DNA of 54,269 nucleotides from an uncultured Rickettsiales bacterium (GTDB lineage: Bacteria; Pseudomonadota; Alphaproteobacteria; Rickettsiales; UBA1997). Of this stretch, positions 1 through 9,356 are shown piece after piece. Location of the stretch: the NCBI GenBank assembly GCA_944392625.1, contig CALXXG010000107.1:1-54269 (forward strand), read 5' to 3'. Each line of letters begins with the position of its first letter. Position 1 is the stretch's first letter. The notes beneath the pieces were generated by a model. The model searched no databases. It was not told where the DNA came from and saw nothing but the letters and a program-made list of their open reading frames with translations. Made by a program: the position numbers and the translations under genes.

Positions 1-18
1 ACATTATGGTAGCTAAAA

Positions 19-336
19 TTAATTATTATTTTCCTCTTGCAAGCTATCAATAAAAGCTTTTAAATTTTGCATTTGTGTTTTATTAAGTTTAAGTTTTGGA
101 TTAACTTTAAAATCTTTATCCTTAAAAATTTTCGTTATATCTATGCCATAAAAATTACAAAGTTTTATAAATGTTGACATCTTAAAATCACATCCATTTT
201 CAATATTCCAGACAGAATTATAAGATATATTGGTACGATTTGATAAATCTTCCAAAGTTATATTGTGATATCGTCTTTCATGCTTTAAAAGTTCTGAAAT
301 TTCTTTTAGTACATTTACTTTCATGTTTTTGCTCAC
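19..336 (-). CDS. XRE-family (Cro/C1-type) helix-turn-helix transcriptional regulator
   Basis: 105-aa ORF with an HTH_3-like segment ITLEDLSNRTNISYNSVWNIENG. No partner gene is visible inside the window. Confidence 0.7.
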   Translation of the reverse strand: MSKNMKVNVLKEISELLKHERRYHNITLEDLSNRTNISYNSVWNIENGCDFKMSTFIKLCNFYGIDITKIFKDKDFKVNPKLKLNKTQMQNLKAFIDSLQEENNN

Positions 337-354
337 TTTATTATTAAATTTAAC

Positions 355-1020
355 TTAACGTTCGGCAGATGTTATAAATACTAGCGCTAATATTGAAAAT
401 ATATAAGCCTGAATTATGCCGCTAATAAAACTCAAAATATCCAAAAAAATTGGAAACCCAAAAGCCAGAAATGCTATTTGTGAAATTATTGCACCGATAA
501 GCATACCACTCATCATATTTCCATATAGCCTTATAGCTAATGCGCAATTTGTAGATATATCACTTATTATATTCATAAACAGCATAATTGGACTAGGTTT
601 AATATACTTTTTAATATAACCAAATATTCCAACCCTTTTTATTCCATAAAATAAACCTACAATAATAACAATTATTGCCAATGCGATTGTCGTTGAAAGC
701 GAAGCTGTTGGAGGATTAAAAAATGGTATTATTTGTAATAAATTTGAAAATAAGATAAATATAAATAAAGTTGCTATAAATGGAAAAATAAAATTCATAT
801 CAACCTTCCCCATCTTATTTATTTGATCTTCAATACCAGTTATCAAAATTTCAAAAAAATTTTGCAATTTGCCAATGTTTCTTTCATTTGTTAATATAAG
901 TCTTAAAATGAATACAGCAACTAAAATAACGAACATTACAAACCATGTAAATAATATAGTATGATTTATTTTAAACAAATCATTTTGCCAAACTATAAAT
1001 TGATCTGTAGAAATATTCAT
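355..1020 (-). CDS. atpB: F0F1 ATP synthase subunit a
   Basis: 221-aa polytopic membrane ORF. It carries the conserved C-terminal motif ALAIRLYGNMMSGMLI (essential Arg of subunit a). It overlaps the upstream small membrane ORF by 4 nt. Confidence 0.85.
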   Translation of the reverse strand: MNISTDQFIVWQNDLFKINHTILFTWFVMFVILVAVFILRLILTNERNIGKLQNFFEILITGIEDQINKMGKVDMNFIFPFIATLFIFILFSNLLQIIPFFNPPTASLSTTIALAIIVIIVGLFYGIKRVGIFGYIKKYIKPSPIMLFMNIISDISTNCALAIRLYGNMMSGMLIGAIISQIAFLAFGFPIFLDILSFISGIIQAYIFSILALVFITSAER

Positions 1021-1283
1021 TTTTCAACCTTTTTTGCTTTCTCATATATAATAAAAAATATTTTTGAAATAGTCAAGCCCAACAACATTAAAGCAGCATT
1101 TTTCCAGCTGTTATTTAAAAATATATAAAAAACTAAACAAACTATAAATATTCGTATAAAAAAACTTATAAATATAATTGATAAACTTTTCAAATTCAAA
1201 AATATTTTTATTGTATATTTTAATGCTATTGAGTTAAATATACCCAACATTATGCCAATAAATACTAATAAAGAAACGTTCAT
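1017..1283 (-). CDS. small hydrophobic protein, ATP synthase protein I-like
   Basis: 88-aa ORF with about 3 predicted TM segments, directly upstream of and overlapping atpB, which is the usual atpI position. There is no sequence motif beyond hydrophobicity. Confidence 0.4.
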   Translation of the reverse strand: MNVSLLVFIGIMLGIFNSIALKYTIKIFLNLKSLSIIFISFFIRIFIVCLVFYIFLNNSWKNAALMLLGLTISKIFFIIYEKAKKVEK

Positions 1284-1939
1284 TAATTATAGCCTATTTC
1301 ATCTCTAGATGTAATAATTTTATCAATTAATCCGAATTTTAAAGCTTCCTCCGGGCTCATAAAATTATCTCTTTCCATAGCTTTTTCAACAGCTGACAAT
1401 GTTTTGCCAGTATGATGAACATATATGTTATTCAACCTTTTTTTAATTGATAAAATTTCTTTAGCATGAATCTCAATATCTGTTGCCTGCCCTTTAAAAC
1501 CACCAGATGGTTGGTGTATCATAATTCTTGAATTTGGAAGAGATATCCTTTTACCAGGTTCACCAGCAGCTAATAATAGAGAAGCAGCAGAACAAGCCTG
1601 ACCCAAACAAATAGTTGATACTTTACATTTTATATATTGCATAGTATCATATATTGATAAACCAGATGTAACAACTCCACCTGGAGAATTTATATACATA
1701 GAAATATCTTTTTCAGGGTTTTCTGATTCAAGAAACAATAATTGCGCAACTATAAGCGACGCCATATTATCCTCAATTTCTCCTGTAACAAAAATAATTC
1801 TTTCTTTTAATAATCTAGAATAAATGTCATAACTTCTCTCACCTCTTCCAGTTTGTTCAATAACCATAGGAACAAGCTGATTTACAATTTTATCCATAGC
1901 ACTAAAACCATATAATTTTATCTTATTAGAGATTATCAT
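1283..1939 (-). CDS. clpP: ATP-dependent Clp protease proteolytic subunit
   Basis: Motifs [17 protein letters not shown] (catalytic Ser) and MIHQPSGG (catalytic His); strongly Rickettsia-like over the full length. The true start is probably Met15 (coordinate 1897). Its stop overlaps the downstream start as TAATG. Confidence 0.95.
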   Translation of the reverse strand: MIISNKIKLYGFSAMDKIVNQLVPMVIEQTGRGERSYDIYSRLLKERIIFVTGEIEDNMASLIVAQLLFLESENPEKDISMYINSPGGVVTSGLSIYDTMQYIKCKVSTICLGQACSAASLLLAAGEPGKRISLPNSRIMIHQPSGGFKGQATDIEIHAKEILSIKKRLNNIYVHHTGKTLSAVEKAMERDNFMSPEEALKFGLIDKIITSRDEIGYN

Positions 1940-2010
1940 CTATTTTTTGATAATCAAGATTTTTATAAATAAAGTTTATAGAAAAAAATAAAAACATATA
2001 TTACATTATA

Positions 2011-2527
2011 TAGCAGTAACCCACCAGCCTAGCTGGTGGTTCTTTTTCCTTTAACAATGTTTTTTCAACCATTCATTGCACTCGTGGGGAAGGATATAAT
2101 TGACCATAAGTCGCCCAATTCAATCAAGCTTGATTATCTGACATTTATGGTTGTTTGACACTGCGCTTCGCTTGTACAAACTGCACCCATGAGTTGTCCA
2201 ATTGGAATACAAGCATTCCAATTGGACAACTCATGCTAGAGTGTAGTCTTACCCATAAATACAATGGGTAGTTAAAAACAAGCATTGCAGAATGAAATAG
2301 AGTATTTTTACAAGAATAAACCACACAATTATAAGAATAAATAACATAATAATAAAAACAAATAGAATGCAAAAAAATAATGTCATAGTGGAAATACAAG
2401 TTTACTCGCAATAGCAGCTTGCAACACATAGTAGTTTGCCATAGCAAAGCAAAGGACTATGTCGTGTTGTCTCATCGCTAAAGCTAAAGTAAACAAGTAG
2501 TATAACTTGGAGTTTTAGGGATATAAT
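2011..2527. repeat. mosaic GC-enriched intergenic element R1 (paralog of R2 and R3)
   Basis: Modules are shared with 39236-39910 and 48411-48876:
- Hairpin ccaccagc/gctggtgg (2021-2039).
- Inverted copies of module A (2043-2093 reverse complement, 2248-2298 forward).
- Box ctgacatttatgg (2138-2150).
- Perfect 21-bp stem hairpin (2188-2208 / 2215-2235).
- Module B gagtatttttacaagaataaacc (2300-2323).
- Module C ...tcatcgctaaagctaaag (2457-2500). Confidence 0.85.
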
Positions 2528-2551
2528 AATAGCAAGCTTATGCTTGCTATT
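2528..2551 (-). terminator. stem-loop downstream of 2587..3741
   Basis: aatagcaagc-ttat-gcttgctatt, a 10-bp stem with a 4-nt loop. The U-tract on the minus strand is weak. Confidence 0.4.
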
Positions 2552-2586
2552 TAATAAATGTTTTTTTGTTTCAATTTAACATCAGA

Positions 2587-3741
2587 TTATATAGTCATTC
2601 CCCCAGCACCTCTATTTTTCTTATTTTGTATGTCTTTAGCATTATACATTTGGTTACTATTTACAATTTTATTAGATAAGTCGTTGCAAACAATTTTTAA
2701 ATATTCTTCATTCTCTTTCACATTTTCTATAATCTTATCAGAAAGTTTTTTAGTTTCTGATAAATCAACATTTATTTCAGGCACCTTAGCAACAACTTCC
2801 TTAATTTCATTAAGCATTTTATTAGCTAAAGCTTTTTGTTCATCTCCTTCTAATTTATTTAAAGACTTTATTTCTTCTGATAAGTTAATATTTGTATTCT
2901 TAATAGCGTCAACAATTTTATTATCAGGTTTCTTAAAAATGTCTATAAGTTGTTGCTCAACATTTTCATTAGTTATAGCCGTTAATAAAGTGCTAAATAA
3001 ATTAATTTCACTAATTAATTTAGGATTCTCTTTATATAAATTAATATAGCTGTTTTCACTTGGTATCATTTTATTAAGGTCTTCCATATTTATTTCTTTT
3101 AAGTTTTCTAAAAGAAAATCTTTATTTGTTGAATTATTTACCAAAGCTTTATCAGGTATATTTTTACCATTTTCTGCCGATACAAGTTTGTCTCTTGGGT
3201 TACTTTTTCTATCTGCAACAAATACTTTTTTTGTACCACGTTTATAGAAAGGTATTAATAAAAAACTTGATAATTGGGCTGGAACAAAAAGAAAAGCGAG
3301 ACCACCACCAAGAGGTCCAGCTAAAATGCACATACATGCTATAAGGCCCCAAAGTATAAGCGGACCTTTTTTCTTTTCATAATGGCCACCGTTTTGTTCT
3401 TGCTGTTTTTGATCTGGACTAATGTCTTCTTTTTGATTATTTTGTTTTTTATCTGGGTTATGTTCAATATCAACGCTATCTAATATATGATTTAATTCTT
3501 CCTGTAAATCACTTTCATTAATGCTGTTTAATGATTTTATTTTAACATTATTGTCAATTATATTAGTAAGTGGATTCTGTTTATTGGATACATTGCTAAT
3601 TTTTAATGGTTTTTCTGTTTTATCGCTAACAGTATTAATTTGTTTAATTTTTGAAGTATTACTTTGATTATTATTTACTCTTGTAGTACTTTCTGTATTA
3701 TTCTTTAATATATCATTTTGATTTGATGTAGTTGTATCCAT
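2587..3741 (-). CDS. hypothetical membrane protein, Asn/Lys-rich, with a central bilobed hydrophobic domain
   Basis: 384-aa ORF. The N-terminus is low-complexity Asn/Ser/Thr-rich. The central segment PLILWGLIACMCILAGPLGGGLAFLFVPAQLSSFLLIPFY forms two adjacent TM lobes. The C-terminal half is charged and coiled-coil-like. No family recognised. Confidence 0.55.
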   Translation of the reverse strand: MDTTTSNQNDILKNNTESTTRVNNNQSNTSKIKQINTVSDKTEKPLKISNVSNKQNPLTNIIDNNVKIKSLNSINESDLQEELNHILDSVDIEHNPDKKQNNQKEDISPDQKQQEQNGGHYEKKKGPLILWGLIACMCILAGPLGGGLAFLFVPAQLSSFLLIPFYKRGTKKVFVADRKSNPRDKLVSAENGKNIPDKALVNNSTNKDFLLENLKEINMEDLNKMIPSENSYINLYKENPKLISEINLFSTLLTAITNENVEQQLIDIFKKPDNKIVDAIKNTNINLSEEIKSLNKLEGDEQKALANKMLNEIKEVVAKVPEINVDLSETKKLSDKIIENVKENEEYLKIVCNDLSNKIVNSNQMYNAKDIQNKKNRGAGGMTI

Positions 3742-3802
3742 ATTGTATATTTTATAATTTATACTAAGTATAGTATAACTTTATATTTTATAAAAGTCAA
3801 TA

Positions 3803-4714
3803 TTAATTATATATTGACATAATGCCGCTATTAATAAAATTTTCTTTAGAAGCAACATTAAATAAAAACTCACTTGCTAATTTTCCAATTATTCCAATTT
3901 TTTTATTTTTTTCTAAACTAACTTTAATAATTGGCAAACTTATATCAACACCTTTTGATTTTAAATATTTCAAGGCTGAATTTTTATCGCCAATCTCATC
4001 TATAAGCCCTATTTTAAAAGCTTGCCTTCCAGTAAAAGCCTGTCCATTTGTTGCGAGTTTAAAATTGGTGTCATTCATTTTTCTTCTTTCTTTAACAAGT
4101 CCAATAAAATAATCATATATATCGTCTATTGTGGACTGCAATGCAATATTTGAAGTCTCTGTGTTTCTTTCAAAAAACGAAGGCATTCCTTTTAATTCTG
4201 AACTTTTAAAAGTTTTTAATTCAACGCCTAATTTTTTTGCTAGTTCAACAATTTCATAACTCTGCATTAGAACGCCAATAGAACCTGTTAATGTTGTATT
4301 TCTTGCAATTAAATAATCCGATCCCAACGCTATCATATAGGCTCCAGAAGTTGCCATACTACCCATTAATACAACAACTGGTTTGGCTTGATTTAATCTA
4401 AATATTAAATCATAAAGAATTTCGCTTGGAGTTACCATGCCGCCAGGACTATCAATATTTAGTATAACCGCCTTAACATTATTGTTTAAAATTAAATCAG
4501 ATATTCGTTCATTTCTAAAATTATTTTCGTCTATAATACCATTAATTTCAATTTCCGCTATTACATTACCAGAAATATAACTTTTATTATTATTTTTCAA
4601 TTTAAACGATTTAAAAATAAACATAAGCAAAAAACAAACTAAAACTATAGATATGTTCCTCCATTTTTTAGTTTGTTTTTTAGATTCAATATTCATCAAT
4701 AAATTCTCGTTCAT
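3803..4714 (-). CDS. sppA: signal peptide peptidase SppA (36K type)
   Basis: N-terminal TM anchor, plus motifs NIDSPGGMV and GSMATSGAYMIALGSD (catalytic Ser region) typical of S49 peptidases. Confidence 0.85.
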   Translation of the reverse strand: MNENLLMNIESKKQTKKWRNISIVLVCFLLMFIFKSFKLKNNNKSYISGNVIAEIEINGIIDENNFRNERISDLILNNNVKAVILNIDSPGGMVTPSEILYDLIFRLNQAKPVVVLMGSMATSGAYMIALGSDYLIARNTTLTGSIGVLMQSYEIVELAKKLGVELKTFKSSELKGMPSFFERNTETSNIALQSTIDDIYDYFIGLVKERRKMNDTNFKLATNGQAFTGRQAFKIGLIDEIGDKNSALKYLKSKGVDISLPIIKVSLEKNKKIGIIGKLASEFLFNVASKENFINSGIMSIYN

Positions 4715-4726
4715 ATTAATAGAGAA

Positions 4727-5698
4727 TTATTTCAAATTTGTAGGCCATGGTGCATTTTTATCTAATTTAATATATCCATCCCCAGGCATACCAGGTTTAG
4801 CTTCTCTACTTGAATTATCATCTAAAGTAAGCTTAACTCTAAACACTAATTTTTGTCTTTCCTGTTGAGTTTCAACTTCTTTTGGGGTAAATTCTGCATT
4901 ATCAGCAACAAATGTAACCTTTGCATTAAAATTTTTATTTGGATAAGCGTCCAGTCTAATAATTGCAGGCTCTCCTAATTTAACTTGCCCAGCCTTTTCT
5001 GATGGCATATAAACTGTCATATATAAATCGTCAGGATTATACATTATAAATAACTTGCCATTATTTGCAAGCATTTCTCCATCCTCAACCAATTTATATA
5101 AAATAACGCCGTCAACAGGAGAATAAATTTTCATATCGCTTAAATCAACTTCTTGTGATTTTATTGAAGCTTGCAATGATTTATAAGAAGCTTGTAATGC
5201 TTTTTTTGAAGCCTCTAAATTAGTCAATTTAGCTTCAGCTTTTTCTAAATTATTAGTATTCGTATCTAATTCTAGCTGAGAAGAAAAACTTTGTTTCATA
5301 AGAGTTTTACTTCTTTCAACTTCTTTTTTAAAAAATTTTATATCACTTTTAGTACCTTTAATATCAGCCTCTGTAGCAATAATTTGCTTTTGTACTTCTT
5401 CTGCTTTAGCCTTTTGCGCTTCTATATCAGCCTCTAAAGATCTTGAATCTATTACAGCAAGCAAGTCACCCTTTTTAACATAATCACCTTCATCGGCATT
5501 TAATTCTACGATTCTTCCAGAAAATTTAGTCGCAACAGATACTTCTCTACCTTCAATTCTACCGTTTCCTTTTAAAATAACATCTGAACTTTTATTTGAT
5601 ATTTTTTTATAAGCAAAAAATGAAACTCCTGCTAATACTAAAATAACAACAACCCATAAAAGTTTTCTCTTTATTCCTCTATTTTTATCGTAATACAT
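4727..5698 (-). CDS. HlyD-family secretion/efflux periplasmic adaptor (YbhG-like)
   Basis: 323 aa with an N-terminal TM, a biotinyl-lipoyl-like hairpin (GRIVELNADEGDYVKKGDLLAVID), a long coiled coil, and a beta-barrel tail (SPVDGVI..., LDAYP). Confidence 0.8.
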   Translation of the reverse strand: MYYDKNRGIKRKLLWVVVILVLAGVSFFAYKKISNKSSDVILKGNGRIEGREVSVATKFSGRIVELNADEGDYVKKGDLLAVIDSRSLEADIEAQKAKAEEVQKQIIATEADIKGTKSDIKFFKKEVERSKTLMKQSFSSQLELDTNTNNLEKAEAKLTNLEASKKALQASYKSLQASIKSQEVDLSDMKIYSPVDGVILYKLVEDGEMLANNGKLFIMYNPDDLYMTVYMPSEKAGQVKLGEPAIIRLDAYPNKNFNAKVTFVADNAEFTPKEVETQQERQKLVFRVKLTLDDNSSREAKPGMPGDGYIKLDKNAPWPTNLK

Positions 5699-5828
5699 AT
5701 TTTAACATTTGTTTACTCATAATATTTATATATAAAACAATTTTTTTAAAAAACAATATAATTTTAAATATTGAATATTAATTACCAATAAGTTTTGTAT
5801 TTCGTACTTTATTATTAATTATAATATT

Positions 5829-6506
5829 CTATAGAGTTTTATTAGGCGTAATAGATTCATTATATCTTTTTATCTCATGCTTTTTTATTTCACTTCTTTC
5901 TTTTTCTAGTTTTTCAATCTCAGATTTTTTATATTTGTTATTTGCATCCAAAAAGACCATGTTTGAAAAAACAGCGCCTTTTTCGGCTTGTGATAATATC
6001 TTGCCAACAGATTCAACAAAATGTTTTGTTTTACTTTTAAAAATTCTATCTTTAGAATCAACTAAATCATTGACTTTATCTTTTAAAAAATATACTTTTT
6101 TATATATATTATCTCTTCTTTTTAAAATATTGTCTTCCTTATTATTAATGTCAGCACCGGTATAAAATGCAAAATCTTCCATTAAAGATTTAATTTCATC
6201 AATTTTTTCTCCTATTTCAATCATTTGCTGCAATTTTTGAGTTATATTTTTATTTTTAACTTTCTTTAAAAGTTTATTTAAAATATTATCCAAATTTTGT
6301 TTTTCTTCATTAATAGAATTAATAGAATTAAAAATTTTTTCTTGAACTGCAATTATTTGTTCATATTTTAATTTCATAATCTTTTCATCTATTCTGGATA
6401 TTCTTATCTGTATATTTTGTGGCGTATCTAATGGAAGATAATCTTTTATTGAAAGTGGCATAGAATTTTTTTTATTTGTACTATAATAATTATAGTAAAT
6501 TTTCAA
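5829..6506 (-). CDS. hypothetical coiled-coil protein
   Basis: 225-aa Lys/Glu/Ile-rich ORF that fills the gap between neighbouring genes. No recognisable motif. Confidence 0.4.
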   Translation of the reverse strand: MKIYYNYYSTNKKNSMPLSIKDYLPLDTPQNIQIRISRIDEKIMKLKYEQIIAVQEKIFNSINSINEEKQNLDNILNKLLKKVKNKNITQKLQQMIEIGEKIDEIKSLMEDFAFYTGADINNKEDNILKRRDNIYKKVYFLKDKVNDLVDSKDRIFKSKTKHFVESVGKILSQAEKGAVFSNMVFLDANNKYKKSEIEKLEKERSEIKKHEIKRYNESITPNKTL

Positions 6507-6552
6507 ACCACTTTCAATTAAGATTTTTTAAAATTCATTGAAAAATATGATA

Positions 6553-9215
6553 TTATTTTTTATTAGTATTTCTTAAAAGTTTCCTTATTATTTTTTCAAA
6601 TTCCATTACAACTATTATTAGTAATGCAATAGGTATTATAATTGATAATTCTTTCCAGTCCAATGGATCTATCTTTAAAAATAAATCAAAAGCAGGAATA
6701 TAGGAAGCTATTATATGCACTAAAGTTACAATACCAATTGATATAAATAAAAAAGGATTTTTAAAGAAACTTTGTTTAAATAATGATTGAGTTTCTGACC
6801 TTGCATTGAATATCTGCATATTTTGAAATAGAATCATTAAAAATATTGTTGTGCTTCTTGCCATAACAAGGTCATTTGTTGTTTCTAAAAAGTATTTATA
6901 TACGAAGAAACATCCAAAAATCATTACGAGGGATGTAATTATAATTCTTGTTAGCATTACATGGTTAAATATTGGCTCTTTCGGGTCTCTTGGAGGCAGT
7001 CTCATTTCATTTCCCTCCTCTTTCTCCATAGCTAAAGCTATACCTTGAATACCTTCTGTAATTAAATTGATCCACAATAGCTGCAATGCAATAAAAGGCA
7101 ATGGTAATTTAAATATCATAGACAAAATAAATATTCCTATTTCAGCAAAAGCTGTTGATGTTAAGAAAAATACTAATTTTCTTATATTTGAATAGGTCAG
7201 CCTTCCTTCTTTTATACCTTTTACAATAGATGCAAAATTATCATCTGTTAAAATGATATTTGCACTTTCTCTTGCAATATCTGTTCCTTTTTTGCCCATA
7301 GCTATGCCGACATTAGCATTTTTTAAGGCTGGTGCGTCATTAACACCATCACCTGTAACGGCCACAAAGTTTCCATTTCTTCTTAAGGATTCAACTATAT
7401 CAAGTTTTTGAGTAGGTTCAACACGGGCGTAAACTTTTGCAGTTTTTGTAATCTTATCAATAGCTTCTGGACCAATTTCACTGGCTTTTTTTAAATCGGT
7501 TCCAATAACGACTTCTTTTTGATTTTTTACAAATCCCAATTCACTGGCAATGGCAAAAGCTGTTTTAGGATTATCGCCTGTAATCATAACTACATTAATG
7601 CCCGCCTGTTGACACTTTTTAACTGCATGTTTAGCTTCTTTTCTCAATGGATCCAACATTGCAACTAAAGAAAGAAATTCTAAATTCTTTAGGCTGCTGT
7701 CAAGTTCTTCTTCATTATCAGGCAAACTATCATTAATTTCACCACAGGCAACAGCTAGAACTCTTAAACCTTTCTTTGCTAAATCATCAAGTTTAGTCTT
7801 TATTTCCTGCTGAGTTTCCAAATCCATTTTACACATGTTCATTAGCACTTCAGGAGCACCCTTAACAAAAGCATATATACTGCCATCACCATCAACAAGA
7901 TTAAAGCTTGCAGAAAATTTTGTCTCTGAAGTATATGGCAACAGCTGCAGTCTTTTATATTTTTTATGTATTTGTTTTATGCTATATCCTTTTTTAGAGG
8001 CAACTTTCAAAAATGCTACGTCTACTGGATCACCATAAAATTCTCCGTCTTTTTCACTAGCCTCATTTGGCAATACAAATGTCATCATTATTTTTTTCTC
8101 AAGACTCATATTTTCAAAGTCTGTCTCTTTCTCTAATGGTAAAAAATCTTTTACTTTTTCAATCAAAGATATTATTCCATTTTTGGAGTTATAATTTCAA
8201 CAACATTTAATTCATTGATTGTCAATGTTCCAGTTTTATCTGAGGCTATAACAGTGCAGGACCCTAAGGCTTCAACTGCCACTAAATTTTTAACAATAAC
8301 ATTCTTTTTTGCCATTCTGTTCATACCAATAGCAAGACAAATGGTTATAGCTATAGGCAAGCCTTCCGGAATAGCGGCAACACCAAGACTTGCTGCCATC
8401 AGGAATGTATCGCTCCAACTTGTCCCCATTCTAAAAGCTATTATGGATAGTATAATTATCAATATTCCCATAACCATTGTTAATTTAGCCGTAAAATTTT
8501 CCATTCTTTCTACAAGAGGAGATTTTACATCGCTTTTTTGAGTAATTTTATCTGCAATTTTACCGATTTCTGTATTAAGTGCTGTTGCTTTTACTACGCC
8601 ATATCCTTGTCCTTTAATTACTATTGTGCCAGCGAATACTTCATTTAGCTTATCTTGAATAGACGCTTCCGGACCTGGAACAAAATTATAATCTTTATTA
8701 ACAGGCAATGATTCACCTGTTAGCATTGATTCATCAACTTTAAAATTTTTTGAATGTATTAATAATATATCAGCGGGTACTTTGCTTCCTTCTTTTAGAA
8801 CAACAATATCGCCAATAACTAAATCTTTTGCAGGAATTTCTATTTCATTTCCATCTCTAATAACTGTTGCTTTAACTTCAACAATTTTTTTTAATGATGA
8901 TGCGGATTTATTTGCAGAATATTCTTGAATTGTTCCTATAATTGCATTAAATGTTACAACTGCTAAAATAAAATAGCTGTCTATTGCCTCACCAACAACA
9001 AAAGATATAATAGCGGCTGCTATCAAAATATAAATTAATGGATCCGCAAATTGTTTTATAAAAATCAGAGGCAATGGAGGAATTTTTTCTTCAGGCAAAA
9101 CATTTAGTCCATATTTTTTAAGTCTATTTTGTGCTTCTTCTGTTGTTAAGCCATTTTTTGTAGTATTATAAGTTGTATAAAATTTTTCTATATTTTGCTC
9201 AGCATTCCGATCCAT
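6553..9215 (-). pseudogene. cation-translocating P-type ATPase (Ca2+/Mg2+-type), split by a frameshift
   Basis: ORF 8172..9215 carries LTGESLPV (actuator TGES) and SDKTGTLT (phosphorylation site). ORF 6553..8166 carries MITGDN and TGDGVNDAPAL. The two frames overlap across an A5 run on the coding strand (T5 at 8180-8184). Adding one A gives ...TPKNGIISLIEKVKDF... and a single ORF of about 885 aa. Confidence 0.85.
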
Positions 9216-9356
9216 TTTAAAATATAATTTGTTAATAATAAAAGAATAATGACATAGATATTTAAAATTTCAATATAAATATAAAATTAATAAAACATTG
9301 ACTTATTATTTAATAGAAAATATTTTATAATTAATACTAATAATTGTACCAATAAT

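Noticed and set aside
2145-2447. 100-aa minus-strand ORF inside R1.
   Set aside because: It crosses repeat-module boundaries and includes both arms of the 21-bp hairpin. It translates to Cys/Tyr/Phe/Leu-rich sequence with no motif, and the homologous regions in R2 and R3 do not keep the frame open.
2011-2527. R loci considered as housekeeping RNAs (RNase P RNA, tmRNA, SRP/4.5S, 6S), tRNAs or group II introns.
   Set aside because: I found none of the conserved cores. Missing are GAGGAAAGUCC and ACAGAA for RNase P, a tRNA-like GGTTCGAATCC...CCA end for tmRNA or tRNA, the SRP GGAA/AGCA domain IV, and an intron domain V or an RT ORF. Three diverged, rearranged copies also argue against single-copy housekeeping RNAs.
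8160-8200. Programmed ribosomal frameshift or transcriptional slippage joining the two ATPase ORFs.
   Set aside because: There is no X XXY YYZ slippery heptamer in the zero frame and no obvious downstream pseudoknot. The A-run is only 5 nt, shorter than the runs reported to support slippage rescue. A simple indel or a sequencing error is more parsimonious.
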